The notes: generated by a model not told the origin, from the letters alone. A stretch of 64,000 nt of DNA from an uncultured Thermoleophilia bacterium (GCA_963702475.1 CAVPCT010000009.1:160001-224000); one strand, 5' to 3'. Counted from the stretch's first letter, positions 30,342-40,405 are shown. Numbers and translations: made by a program.

Positions 30342-31250
30342 ATGGCAGACATGACCAAGCCCGAGTGGGCCGCGCAGAAGACCTACGACCAGAATCTGGG
30401 CGACGCCAGGATCAAGGCCACGCGCCCGCCGCTCACGCCGGAGGAAGAGAAACGGCCGTTCGCCAAGTACTACTACGACGAGATCCCCGAGCCGGACCCG
30501 GCGCACTACGCGGACATGGACGTGCCGATGGACCCCTCCGACGCGTTCTACCCGGAGGAGATCGACCGCCTGCTCGACGTCCCGGCCCTCGAGGCGGGCG
30601 TGGAGGTCGGCTGGTGCAACCTGCCCAACGGCGCCGGCTACATCGCCAACCGGATCCACTATCCGGACTTCACCGCCGACATGGTCGACTGGTGGTTCGC
30701 CTGGCACCCGCTCGAGGACCTGAGGTACCGCATCTGGTACCCGCCGCAGCACGCCGGCATCATGCTGAGCCCCATCGACAGGGCCCGCATCCTCGACGAC
30801 TCCATCCCCAACCGGGAGAAGAACTGGGGCGTGGTCCACAACGTGACGGAGAACTGCAACTGCGGCTTCGAGAACGTCGACATCGCCTTCCGCTCGCCGG
30901 CCGACATGGGCTTCGACATGGAGAAGTTCGGCAGGGTGGCGGCCACGATGGCGGCGGGCCAGGGCTGGGCCGTGGCCGTCGAGAAGTGCGACGCGTCCAT
31001 CACCGCGCCGGCGATCATGTGCCACGTGCTGTACGACGCTCCGGAGGGCGGGCTGATCCACCGCACGCGTTTCTGGATGGGCTACCGCTTCAACGAGGCG
31101 GGCAAGCCGGAGCTGTGCCTGCCGCCGGGCGTGAGCGTGCCCGTGGAGGCCGTGCAGGGTCTGGCGCGCCACAACGTCAAGGAGTTCACGCGCTGGCGCG
31201 AGTTCCTGCCGCGGATCTACGCGGAGCTGGGGCCGGGGATGTACTGCTGA
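30342..31250 (+). CDS. Phy/PhlG-family hydrolase paralog 3
   Basis: PFAKYY, DMVDWWFAWHPLEDLRYRIWYP, RTRFWMG, HNVKE. Confidence 0.9.
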   Translation: MADMTKPEWAAQKTYDQNLGDARIKATRPPLTPEEEKRPFAKYYYDEIPEPDPAHYADMDVPMDPSDAFYPEEIDRLLDVPALEAGVEVGWCNLPNGAGYIANRIHYPDFTADMVDWWFAWHPLEDLRYRIWYPPQHAGIMLSPIDRARILDDSIPNREKNWGVVHNVTENCNCGFENVDIAFRSPADMGFDMEKFGRVAATMAAGQGWAVAVEKCDASITAPAIMCHVLYDAPEGGLIHRTRFWMGYRFNEAGKPELCLPPGVSVPVEAVQGLARHNVKEFTRWREFLPRIYAELGPGMYC

Positions 31251-31284
31251 CGGCGGGATCCGCCTGACGAGTCCGACCGACTTC

Positions 31285-31320
31285 CGGGCGCCGGGAGGAC
31301 CATCGTCCCCCCGGCGCCCG
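31285..31320 (+). terminator. GC-rich hairpin after the hydrolase operon
   Basis: CGGGCGCCGGG...CCCGGCGCCCG 11-bp stem. Confidence 0.5.
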
Positions 31321-31380
31321 CTCTGCGTTGAGCGCCAGCCGGTGGGGCGGGGCGTCCTCCTCGATGCAGCGGGAGAGGCC

Positions 31381-31411
31381 TTGACTCTCACCCGCGTCAG
31401 AGTTGCAGGGT
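31381..31411 (+). promoter_or_regulatory. MerR-type promoter/operator (copy A)
   Basis: TTGACT-19 bp-CAGGGT with dyad ACTCTCAC-CCGC-GTCAGAGT overlapping the -35 and spacer. Confidence 0.7.
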
Positions 31412-31497
31412 CCGCGTCATTCGGCTGATCAGGGCTGAAGAGTCGACGCTTCACGCAGACGTCCGCGCCCACGAGTCGGCGACCTCAGGGGGAGTCC

Positions 31498-33570
31498 ATG
31501 ACCGCGTCGTACCCGCAGCTGTTCTCGCCGACGAGCATCGGCAAGGTCCGGCTGAAGAACCGCATCGTCAAGACGGCCGCGCAGACGTACTTCTTCGAGT
31601 CGGGCGAGCGGCGCTTCGGCGGCATCGCCAAGGCCTTCTACGGAGCTGTGGCGCGTGGTGGTCCCGGCCTCGTCATCTGCGAGACGCCGGCCATGGAGGC
31701 GCCCTACAAGGAGACGGACGACCGCCGCTACCGCGTCGACGACGACCGCTTCCTGCCCGACATCGAGGCGCTCGCGGCCGAGGTCCACAAGTACGACTGC
31801 CCGCTCTTCCTGCAGTTCTACCACCGCGGCCCGTGGGGCGGCGTGTACGCGGTCGGCAGGCGGCGCATCTCCGCGTCGGGCGTGACCGTGGCGTCGCCCT
31901 TCGACGTCTACGGGGAGGAGCCGCCGCACGCCATGACCCTCGCCGACATCGAAGAGGTCATCGAGGCGTTCGTGGACGGCGCCGCGCGCGCGGCGCGCGG
32001 CGGCGTCGACGGTATCGAGATCAACGCCGCCGACGACCACCTGCTCCCGACCTTCCTCTCCCGCTTCTGGAACAGGCGCGACGACCGGTACGGTCCCCAG
32101 AGCATGGAGAACCGGGCACGCATCGTCGTCGAGATCGTGAGGGGCATCAAGGAGCGTGTCGGTGCGGACTTCCCCGTACAGGTGCGCATGAACGCCATCG
32201 AGATCGGCGGCGGCCCCGAGGGCCTGACGCTCGCCGAGGGCAAGGAGCTGGCCGTGCTGCTGGAGGCCGCCGGCGTCGATTCGCTCCACGTCAAGTCTCA
32301 CTGGATGGGCATGCATCAGGGCTCCTACAACCAGGAGGTGCTGTTCTACCCGGAACCACACATCCCGCTGAGCGAGTTCCCGCCCGAGCTGGACTGGAGC
32401 GGCAAGGGCGCCGGGGCGCAGGTCCCCTTGGCGGCCGGCATCAAAGAGGTGGTCTCGATCCCGGTGATGACCGTCGGCGTGCTCGATGCCGACCTCGGCG
32501 AGAAGGCTCTGGGAGAGGGCAAGGCCGACCTCATCGGCATCAACCGGCGGTTCTTCGCCGACCCCGACTACGCGCGCAAGGTCAAGGAGGGCAGGCTGGA
32601 CGACATCCAGCCGTGCACGCACTGCGGCACGTGCAACACCAACTACAACAAGCCGCGGTACTGCCGCATCAACGCCTGCTTCGGGCTGGACCAGAACGAG
32701 CCGGCGCCGCTGCGCACGAGGAAGAGGGTCCTCGTGGTCGGCGGCGGCCCGGCCGGCATGCAGGCCGCGCGCATCGCTGCCGAGCGCGGCCACGAGGTCC
32801 GACTCTGGGACAAGGGCCACTACCTCGGCGGCGCCACACCGCTCGCCAACATGGTGAAGGGCTTCGAGGTCGACGAGCTGGACCGGTTCATCGCATTCTT
32901 CCGGCGCCGGATCGGTAAGGTGGGCGTCACCGTGGAACTCGGGCGGGAGTTCGACCCGGAGGTGCTGGACCGCGTGCATCCCGACGCGGTCGTGCTCGCG
33001 CTGGGCGGGGTGCCGGTGCTGCCCGACGTCCCCGGCCTCGACGGCGGGAACGTCGTCAAGACGAGCGACCTCTACGGGAGGCTGCGGCTGGCACTTCGTG
33101 TGTTCGGGCCGCGCCGGCTGCGCGAGCTGACGAAGCTCTGGATGCCGGTCGGCGACGACGTGGTCATCATCGGCGGCGCGATCCAGGGGTGCCAGCTCGG
33201 CGAGTTCCTGACGAAGCGCGGCCGCAGGGTGACGATCGTGGAGACCGGCGACGAGCTGGGCGGCGGCCTGGTCCCCGAGCGCATGACACGCCTCTTCTAC
33301 TGGTTCGACAGGAAGGGCGTAGAACGGCTGACGGGCGTGACGCTCGTGGAGATCACTCCCGACAGCCTCTCGATCGTCACCCGCGAGGGCGATCAGCGGT
33401 TCCTGGCGGCCGACACCGTCATCCCGGTCCTGCCGTTCGTCGCGAACCGGGAGATGGAGGACGCCGTCCGCGCGAGGGTCGCCGAGGTCTACGCGATCGG
33501 CGACTGCGACAGCCCGGCGACCATCCCGGAGGCCATCGCGGCGGGCTGGCGGGTGGGGAACGCGCTGTAG
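31498..33570 (+). CDS. NADH:flavin oxidoreductase (OYE + 4Fe-4S + FAD), paralog of 9737
   Basis: FWNRRDDRYG, CTHCGTC...[17 protein letters not shown]. Confidence 0.9.
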   Translation: MTASYPQLFSPTSIGKVRLKNRIVKTAAQTYFFESGERRFGGIAKAFYGAVARGGPGLVICETPAMEAPYKETDDRRYRVDDDRFLPDIEALAAEVHKYDCPLFLQFYHRGPWGGVYAVGRRRISASGVTVASPFDVYGEEPPHAMTLADIEEVIEAFVDGAARAARGGVDGIEINAADDHLLPTFLSRFWNRRDDRYGPQSMENRARIVVEIVRGIKERVGADFPVQVRMNAIEIGGGPEGLTLAEGKELAVLLEAAGVDSLHVKSHWMGMHQGSYNQEVLFYPEPHIPLSEFPPELDWSGKGAGAQVPLAAGIKEVVSIPVMTVGVLDADLGEKALGEGKADLIGINRRFFADPDYARKVKEGRLDDIQPCTHCGTCNTNYNKPRYCRINACFGLDQNEPAPLRTRKRVLVVGGGPAGMQAARIAAERGHEVRLWDKGHYLGGATPLANMVKGFEVDELDRFIAFFRRRIGKVGVTVELGREFDPEVLDRVHPDAVVLALGGVPVLPDVPGLDGGNVVKTSDLYGRLRLALRVFGPRRLRELTKLWMPVGDDVVIIGGAIQGCQLGEFLTKRGRRVTIVETGDELGGGLVPERMTRLFYWFDRKGVERLTGVTLVEITPDSLSIVTREGDQRFLAADTVIPVLPFVANREMEDAVRARVAEVYAIGDCDSPATIPEAIAAGWRVGNAL

Positions 33571-33625
33571 GCGACTGCGGGCGCCGCGACGGAGGGACAC
33601 GCCGCCGCCCGATCGCGCCGGCTCA

Positions 33626-34561
33626 CTACGGCGTCAGCCAGTCGTGCGTGAGGTCGCGCGGCGCCTCGTCGGCGCGCCCCGGCGCGGGCTCGGCCACGGG
33701 CCAGATGAGCTCGGTGGCGAAGTCGGCCGGATCGGCGGTGTCGCGTTCGTCGCGCACGAAGCGCATGCGTATGGGGCCGCGCAGCACGAGGCCGCTGTCG
33801 GCCAGCCACTCCAGCTGGCGCGCGTAGGCGAAGCGGTAGCCGTCCTCGTACAGGCCGGTGAAGCTGCTGAGCGCGAAGCGGCCGCCGTCCAGGTCCACGA
33901 TGTCGTCGCCGGCGGCGTCCATCGCGCCGTCCACCGGCAGGCAGAGGCGGTAGCGGATCACCGTCTCGTCGCCGCCGGCGAGGCCGATGCGCGGCGCGTC
34001 CGGCAGCACCACGACTTCGCGGCCGCCCGGCGTGAGGCCGCGGGCGCGCGCCTGCGAGGCCAGCGCGTCCGCGAGGTCGATGTAGGACTCGTGGAACTCG
34101 GACCGGGCCATCGTCCCGCACCACAGCATGCAGCGCTCCGCGGGGAGGTCGACCAGCTCGACGGCCGGTGCGGCGCGGAACATGCCGTCGAGCTCGTCGA
34201 TCCGCCCGAGCAGCCGCAGGGCGGCGTCCAGGCGCGCCTGCTCCTGCTCGAGGCGCGCCCGCTGCTGGCGGATGGTCTCGGCCATGCGGTCCGCGGCGGC
34301 GGCGTCGATGTAGGCGCGCATCTCGTTCAAGGGCACGTCGAGGCGGCGCAGCAGGCGGATCATCTCCGCCGCCCGGATGGAGTGCACGTCGTAGGAGCGG
34401 TAGCCGGTCTCGGGGTCAACGTATGCGGGGGGGAGGAGGCCGCGGTCGGCGTAGAGGCGCAGGGCGCGATGGCTCAGCCCGGTGATGCGCGCGAAGATGC
34501 CGATGGGCATGAGGCGCCGGGCGGCCGCCGCCGGTGCCTCGTCCGAGTTCTCTACACTCAT
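33626..34561 (-). CDS. MerR-family regulator with GyrI-like effector domain (BmrR-like)
   Basis: MPIGIFARITGLSHRALRLYADRGLLPPAYVDPETGYRSY; C-terminal TELIWPV. Confidence 0.85.
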   Translation of the reverse strand: MSVENSDEAPAAAARRLMPIGIFARITGLSHRALRLYADRGLLPPAYVDPETGYRSYDVHSIRAAEMIRLLRRLDVPLNEMRAYIDAAAADRMAETIRQQRARLEQEQARLDAALRLLGRIDELDGMFRAAPAVELVDLPAERCMLWCGTMARSEFHESYIDLADALASQARARGLTPGGREVVVLPDAPRIGLAGGDETVIRYRLCLPVDGAMDAAGDDIVDLDGGRFALSSFTGLYEDGYRFAYARQLEWLADSGLVLRGPIRMRFVRDERDTADPADFATELIWPVAEPAPGRADEAPRDLTHDWLTP

Positions 34562-34676
34562 GTCCACCACTCTAGTGCGAGCCCGGGACGGGAGCCAGCG
34601 AGAGCCCCGGCGGCACGCCGTGGCCGACCGTCGCCCGGGCGGGCTCATCGCGTCCGGCAGCCCTGGATCCGCCGCG

Positions 34677-34707
34677 TTGACTCTGACCCGCGTCAGTGTT
34701 GGAAGGT
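34677..34707 (+). promoter_or_regulatory. MerR-type promoter/operator (copy B)
   Basis: TTGACTCTGACCCGCGTCAGTGTTG-GAAGGT; first 25 nt differ from copy A at only 2 positions; 19-bp spacer. Confidence 0.7.
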
Positions 34708-34785
34708 GCCGGGAGCGACGAGCGGCGCGGTCGCAGCGTCACGCCGCGCGCCGCCGCACACAGCACTCGAGGGAGGTCAGCACTC

Positions 34786-36279
34786 GTGAACGACATCATC
34801 GACGGGCTCGCTGCGCTCGTCGGCCGCGACAACGTCGCGGCCGATCCGGCGAGCCTGCAGGAGTACGCCGCGGACGAGAGCTTCGCGCCGCGGCTGGCGC
34901 CGTGGGCCATCGTGCGCCCCGGCTCGGCCGAAGAGGTGCAGAAGGTGGTCGCCTGGGCCAACGAGACGGCGACGCCGCTGGTGCCGGTCAGCTCCGGCGG
35001 GCCGCACTTCTATGGCGACACGGTGCCGAGCGTGCCGGGCGCCGTGATGCTCGACCTGCGCCGGATGGACCGCATCCTGCGGATCGACCGGCGCAACCGC
35101 ATGGCAGTCATCGAGCCTGGAGTCACGTACCCGCAGCTGCAGGCGGCGCTGGCCGATCACGGCATGCGGCTCGCGATGCCGCTCATGCCCCGCGCGGACA
35201 AGTCGGTCGTCGCGAGCCTGCTCGAGCGGCAGCCGACGCTGATCCCGCGCTACAACTTCCACCTGCCCGAGCCGCTGCGCAGCTGCGGCGTGGTGTGGGG
35301 CAACGGCGACGTGATGTTCACCGGCGAGGCCGGCGCCGGCCCGCTCTCCCTCGAGGCCCAGTGGCAGGGTGGCCTCGTGCAGGCCGACCCCAAGGGCCCC
35401 GGCCAGACCGACTTCTTCCGCCTGCTCACCGGTGCTCAGGGCACGTTCGGCGTGGTCACCTGGGCGGCCGTGCGCTGTGACCTCGTGCCGGCCGCGCACG
35501 AGGAGCTGTACGCCTGTGCCGACGAGCTCGACGAGCTGGTCGACTTCGTCTACAGGCTCGACCGGATCCGGCTCGGCGACGAGGTCTTCATCGTCAACGA
35601 CGCGGAGCTGGCGCGGCTGCTGGCCGCGCGGGGCGCCGCCGTGGACCGCGCCGCGCTCCCGGCCTGGACGCTCGTCCTCGGCCTCGGCGGCCGCGAGCAC
35701 TTCGCCGCCGAGCGCGTCGCCGTGCAGAAGAAGGACGCCGCGGCGCTGGCCGCCGCATTCGGGTTGACGTTGCAGACCGTGGTGCCAGGCACGTCCGCGA
35801 GCGACGTCGCCGACCTCGTCGGCGCCTGCTGCGCCGAGCCCTGGAAGCTCGACGCCACCGGCGCCTGCGCCGACGTCTTCTTCGTCACCACGCTGCAGGA
35901 GACGCCGGCATTCGTGGAGATCGCCCACATGGTCGCCGACGCGCACGACTACCCGGTCGACGAGATCGGCGTGTACGTCCAGCCACAGCACCAGGGCGTG
36001 ACGCACCACGTCGAGCTCTCGCTGCCCTACGACCCCGTCGACGCCGGAGCGATGCACGAGGTCGCCGACGAGCTGGTGAACAACCTCATCGGCACCGGCG
36101 CCTACTTCAGCCGTCCCTATGGGTCATGGGCCCGCCCCGTCTACAACCGCGACGCCGCCTCGCGCGACGCCCTGCGCAAGGTCAAGGCCATCTTCGACCC
36201 CAACGGCGTCATGAACCCCGGCAAGCTGTGCTTCGGTCCACCTGCCGTCGCGCCCGTGCCCGTCGGCAAGGAGGCCTGA
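34786..36279 (+). CDS. FAD-binding oxidoreductase (VAO/PCMH/GlcD-type)
   Basis: IVRPGSAEEVQKVV, LDLRRMDRIL, IEPGVTY, GAQGTFGVVT, KAIFDPNGVMNPGK. Confidence 0.85.
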   Translation: MNDIIDGLAALVGRDNVAADPASLQEYAADESFAPRLAPWAIVRPGSAEEVQKVVAWANETATPLVPVSSGGPHFYGDTVPSVPGAVMLDLRRMDRILRIDRRNRMAVIEPGVTYPQLQAALADHGMRLAMPLMPRADKSVVASLLERQPTLIPRYNFHLPEPLRSCGVVWGNGDVMFTGEAGAGPLSLEAQWQGGLVQADPKGPGQTDFFRLLTGAQGTFGVVTWAAVRCDLVPAAHEELYACADELDELVDFVYRLDRIRLGDEVFIVNDAELARLLAARGAAVDRAALPAWTLVLGLGGREHFAAERVAVQKKDAAALAAAFGLTLQTVVPGTSASDVADLVGACCAEPWKLDATGACADVFFVTTLQETPAFVEIAHMVADAHDYPVDEIGVYVQPQHQGVTHHVELSLPYDPVDAGAMHEVADELVNNLIGTGAYFSRPYGSWARPVYNRDAASRDALRKVKAIFDPNGVMNPGKLCFGPPAVAPVPVGKEA

Positions 36280-36280
36280 C

Positions 36281-37612
36281 ATGACACTCACCGACTTCCG
36301 CCCCGACGCCATGCGCTGCACGCGCTGCAGCTACTGCAAGTGGATCCCGTTCGACCTCATCAAGAGCGCGAGGTTCTCGGCCGGCTGCCCGTCCATCGAA
36401 GCCGGCGGCTTCCACGCCTACTCCGCGGGCGGCCGCCTGGTCACCGCGCTGAGCCTCATGGACGGCCGCTCCGACGTCACCGACAAGGTCGTCGACGTCG
36501 CCTTCACGTGCCAGCTCTGCGGCAACTGCGACGTGGCCTGCAAGCTGTGCCGCTACGACATGGAGCCGCTGGCGGCGTTGCGCGAGCTCCGCGCCCACCT
36601 CGTCGAGCAGGACCGCGTGCCCGATGCGTACCGCCCGATCACCGAGTGGACGCGGGCGGCGCTCGCCGGCAAGGGCCCCAAGACCCCGGCCGACCGCAAC
36701 CAGTGGGCCGAGGGCCTTGGCCTCGTCGACCCGGCGCAGGATGCCTGCGACGTCGTGTTCTACGCCGGCTGCAAGTACTCCGGCGAGGAGAGCCTGCGCC
36801 AGACGGTTCGCACGCAGGTGCGGCTGCTGCAGCTCGCCGGCCTCACCGTCGGCCTGTTCGAGAACGGCTGTTGCGGCGGCCTCGCCGACAAGATGGGCTA
36901 CCGCGCCGAGGCCGAGCAGGCCGGCAACCGCATGATGGCGCAGTGGCAGGACGCCGGGGTCAAGACGGTCGTGACGCCGTGCGCGGACTGCCGCCACATG
37001 TTCACCCGCGTCTATCCGGCTTACGAAGGCGCGTGGGACGGCATGCCCGAGGTCCTGCACACAGTCGAGTGCGTCGAGCGCCTGGTGCGCGAGGAGCGGC
37101 TCGAGCTCACCACACCCGTCGAGAAGACCGTGACGTACCACGACCCGTGCAACCTCGGCCGCCAGGGCGAGCCCCACGAGCCCTGGGCCGGCGTCGAGAA
37201 GAAGATCTACGGCCAGGCGGTGGTCTACGACCCGCCGCGCCCGCGCTACAACGGCACGAAGGGCGTCTACCAGCCGCCACGCGACCTGCTCGGCGCGATC
37301 CCCGGCCTCGAGCTGGTCGAGATGGAGCGCTCGCGGGAGGCCGCCTGGTGCTGCGGCGCCGGCGGCGCCTGCCGCGAGGCGTTCCCCGAGTACTCGGCGG
37401 CCACGGCGGCCGAGCGCCTCGAGGAGGCGGCCTCCACCGGCGCAGAGGCCCTCGTCACCGCCTGCTCACGCTGCGAGCTGAACTTCAACGAGGGCGTGAC
37501 GGCGGCGCGTGACGGCGCGCCCGGCGCCGCCGCCTCGGCCGCGGATCTCGAGGTCTGGGACGTGCTGGAGCTCGTCGCGCTCTCCGCCGGACTCGCGAAG
37601 GAGGCCTCATGA
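36281..37612 (+). CDS. Fe-S protein with CCG domains (GlcF/HdrD-like)
   Basis: CTRCSYC...GCP, CQLCGNCDVAC, GCCGG, TYHDPCNLGR, WCCGAGG. Confidence 0.9.
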   Translation: MTLTDFRPDAMRCTRCSYCKWIPFDLIKSARFSAGCPSIEAGGFHAYSAGGRLVTALSLMDGRSDVTDKVVDVAFTCQLCGNCDVACKLCRYDMEPLAALRELRAHLVEQDRVPDAYRPITEWTRAALAGKGPKTPADRNQWAEGLGLVDPAQDACDVVFYAGCKYSGEESLRQTVRTQVRLLQLAGLTVGLFENGCCGGLADKMGYRAEAEQAGNRMMAQWQDAGVKTVVTPCADCRHMFTRVYPAYEGAWDGMPEVLHTVECVERLVREERLELTTPVEKTVTYHDPCNLGRQGEPHEPWAGVEKKIYGQAVVYDPPRPRYNGTKGVYQPPRDLLGAIPGLELVEMERSREAAWCCGAGGACREAFPEYSAATAAERLEEAASTGAEALVTACSRCELNFNEGVTAARDGAPGAAASAADLEVWDVLELVALSAGLAKEAS

Positions 37613-39315
37613 GCCCCAGCTACGCCAAGCCCACGACGCCGGCCGAGACCGCCGCGTCCTCGCCGCAGATCGGTGACGACGCCTACCGCGCCCTCGAGGA
37701 CATCGTCGGCGCCGCCAACGTCTCGCGCGACGGCGCCGTGCTCGACACCTACGCCTTCCAGTGGCTCGCCGAGGTGGTGCGGCCGGACCAGAGCCACTAC
37801 ATGCCGCGTCCGGCCGCCGTCGTGCTACCGGGCTCGACGGAGGAGGTCCAGGCGATCGTGCGCCTGGCCAACAAGTACGGCCTCAAGGTGAAGCCGCACG
37901 GGACCGGCTGGTACCACTGGTCCGGTCCCATCAAGGACACGGACGCGACGCTGCAGCTCGACATGCGCCGTATGAACAGGATCGTCGAGATCGACGACCA
38001 GAACATGTACGCCGTCGTGGAGCCGTACGTCATCGCGGCCCAGCTCCAGGCGGAACTCCTCCCGCTGGGCCTCAACCTCAACATCCCCGGCGTCGGCTGC
38101 TCCAGCTCCATCGTGGCCAGCGCCTGCGCCTACCACGGCGCCGGCCCGGACACGTACTTCATGGGCGGCAACGCCGAGAACGTGCTCGGCATGGAGTGGG
38201 TCACGCCTGAGGGCGAGATCGTCCGCACCGGCTCGCTCGGCTCCGGCGACGGCTGGTTCTGCAGCGAGGGCCCGGGCCCGAGCGTGCGCGGCATCTGCCG
38301 GGGCACGCTCGGCAGCCGCGGCGGCCTCGGCGTGTACACCAGGTGCGCCGTCAAGCTCGCCCCGCACCTCGGCCAGACGGAGTGGAACGTCCACGGCACC
38401 GCGCCGGCGTACCGCCTGCCCGTCCACGAGAACATGCGCGTCTACACCCTCGCCGTCCCCGACTGGGACGCCTGGGCCGAGATCTACTACCGCATCTACG
38501 ACAACGAGATCGGCTACATCTTCCACCGCCAGTTCAACCTGGCCGGCGCCGACCTCGCGCCCGCCTTCTGGCTCATGTACAACGACCCGGAGAAGACGCT
38601 CTCGGACGTGCCGGACATCGTCGCCGACCCCGAGGTCGCCAAGCTCACGGAGGAGATGCGCATCAGTTTCCAGCTGATCCTCCAGGGGCGGTCCAAAGAG
38701 GACATCGAGCTCCAGGACAGGATCCTCGACGCGATCCTCGAGGAGACCGGCAGCTGGAAGGTCGAGCGATACTGCGAGCAGGACATGGCCGAGTTCACCA
38801 ACGTGTACCTGCAGCGGCTCGGCCACAAGCACATCAACTTCGTGTGGGCCGGCGGCTACATCGGCAGCTGGATGCAGTTCGGCACGCCGGACTGGGTGAA
38901 GGGGTACGTCCCGACGGCCATCGACGGCCTCGCCCGCGACGCCTCGGGCGGCAAGCTCGTCCAGTGCGGCGGCGACGCGATGATGGGCTCCGGCTCGGGC
39001 ATCCCGCTCGGCGGCGCCACCGGCCTCGAGCAGTTCGTGAGCTACGACCCCGACGACCACGAGTCCACGCTGGCCGGCATCAGGCACATGGAGGACGCCG
39101 TCAAGGACGCCCGCGGCATCGGGTACCCGCCCGGCAAGGAGTTCATCTACCTGCAGATCGGCTGGACCGACGAGCAGATCTGGGACGCCCTGGCGCACGC
39201 CGGGCAGCCCCAGGTCTACCGTTACCAGCGCAAGATCAAGGCGGCGTTCGACCCCAACGACGTCGGCGACCGCATGTACCCGACGCTGCCGCTGGACTAC
39301 GAGCCCGGCAGCTGA
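37609..39315 (+). CDS. FAD-binding oxidoreductase (VAO/PCMH-type)
   Basis: PAAVVLPGSTEEVQAIVRLAN, LDMRRMNRIVEID, MEWVTPEGEIVRTGS, KAAFDPN. Confidence 0.85.
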   Translation: MSPSYAKPTTPAETAASSPQIGDDAYRALEDIVGAANVSRDGAVLDTYAFQWLAEVVRPDQSHYMPRPAAVVLPGSTEEVQAIVRLANKYGLKVKPHGTGWYHWSGPIKDTDATLQLDMRRMNRIVEIDDQNMYAVVEPYVIAAQLQAELLPLGLNLNIPGVGCSSSIVASACAYHGAGPDTYFMGGNAENVLGMEWVTPEGEIVRTGSLGSGDGWFCSEGPGPSVRGICRGTLGSRGGLGVYTRCAVKLAPHLGQTEWNVHGTAPAYRLPVHENMRVYTLAVPDWDAWAEIYYRIYDNEIGYIFHRQFNLAGADLAPAFWLMYNDPEKTLSDVPDIVADPEVAKLTEEMRISFQLILQGRSKEDIELQDRILDAILEETGSWKVERYCEQDMAEFTNVYLQRLGHKHINFVWAGGYIGSWMQFGTPDWVKGYVPTAIDGLARDASGGKLVQCGGDAMMGSGSGIPLGGATGLEQFVSYDPDDHESTLAGIRHMEDAVKDARGIGYPPGKEFIYLQIGWTDEQIWDALAHAGQPQVYRYQRKIKAAFDPNDVGDRMYPTLPLDYEPGS

Positions 39316-39323
39316 TGGTCGGA

Positions 39324-39363
39324 GAGCGGGGCGGCCCCGGAGCGCCTCCGGGCCGCCCCGCTC
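39324..39363 (+). terminator. Long GC hairpin after the oxidoreductase operon
   Basis: GAGCGGGGCGGCC(C)CGGAG-CGC-CTCCGGGCCGCCCCGCTC. Confidence 0.55.
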
Positions 39364-39417
39364 CGCCCTTGCCGTCCGCAATCCGAGCGGTGTCTCAGGT
39401 GATCGCTGTGGAAACGA

Positions 39418-39452
39418 TTGACAATCGAGCTACATGCCCTTTAGATACGTGG
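39418..39452 (+). promoter_or_regulatory. Promoter of the ABC operon, same architecture as 58429
   Basis: TTGACAA-N5-CTA-N7-TTTAGA-T-ACGT-GG. Confidence 0.55.
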
Positions 39453-39521
39453 ACTTCTGTGAAGTCAACACGACTAATCCTCGTATAGAGTGATGGACGT
39501 GAACGACAGTTGGGGGGACGG

Positions 39522-40405
39522 ATGAGCGTCAGTCAGTGGCTGCAGCTTCTCATCTCCGGCATCGTGACCGGCGCGATCTACGCGCTCGTCGGACTCGGGT
39601 ACGTCACCATCTACCGCACCTCCCGCGTGGTGAACTTCGCGCAGGGGTCCTTCGTGATGCTCGGCGCGCTGATCACGTACTCGCTGCTCAAGGAGGCCGG
39701 GCTGCCGTTCTGGCTCTCCGGCATCATCGCGGTGGTGGCCGTTGTCGCCATCGCCATCGCCATGTACTTCCTCGTCATCGCGCCGATCATCAAGGTCTCG
39801 CTCGTCTCGATGATCCTCGTCACCATCGGCGTGAGCTTCCTGCTCGAGGGCCTCGCGTTGGTCAAGTGGGGCGGGTATGGGCTCGGCATCCCGAGCTTCC
39901 CCGGCAGCCGCACCCTGCACCTCTGGAAGCTGACCATGGAGGTGCAGAACATCTGGGTCATCGCGGTCGCAGCGCTGCTCTTCATCGGGCTGTGGGCACT
40001 GTCCAACCGCACGAGGGTGGGCAAGCAGATGACGGCCACCGCGAGTGACCCGCTCTCCGCGAGCCTCTCCGGCATCTCCACCACACGCATGGTCGTATTG
40101 GCGTTCGCGATCAGCGCCGCCATCGGCGCCATCGGGGGCATCTGCGTCGGATCCATCAGCCCCATGAGCTACGCCTCCGGCGGCATGCTCGGCCTGGCGG
40201 GGTTCATCGCCGCCATCGTCGGGGGCTGGGGTTCGAGCAGCGGCGCTATCGTCGGTGGCCTCACGGTCGGCATCGCCGAGTCGCTGGCGTCCGGGCTCCT
40301 TCCCGGCGGCTACCGCAGCGCCGTGGCCTACGTGCTGCTCATCATCATCCTGTACTTCCGGCCCTCCGGGATCCTCGGCAAAGGCGGCGCGGCGGAGGCT
40401 GGGCA

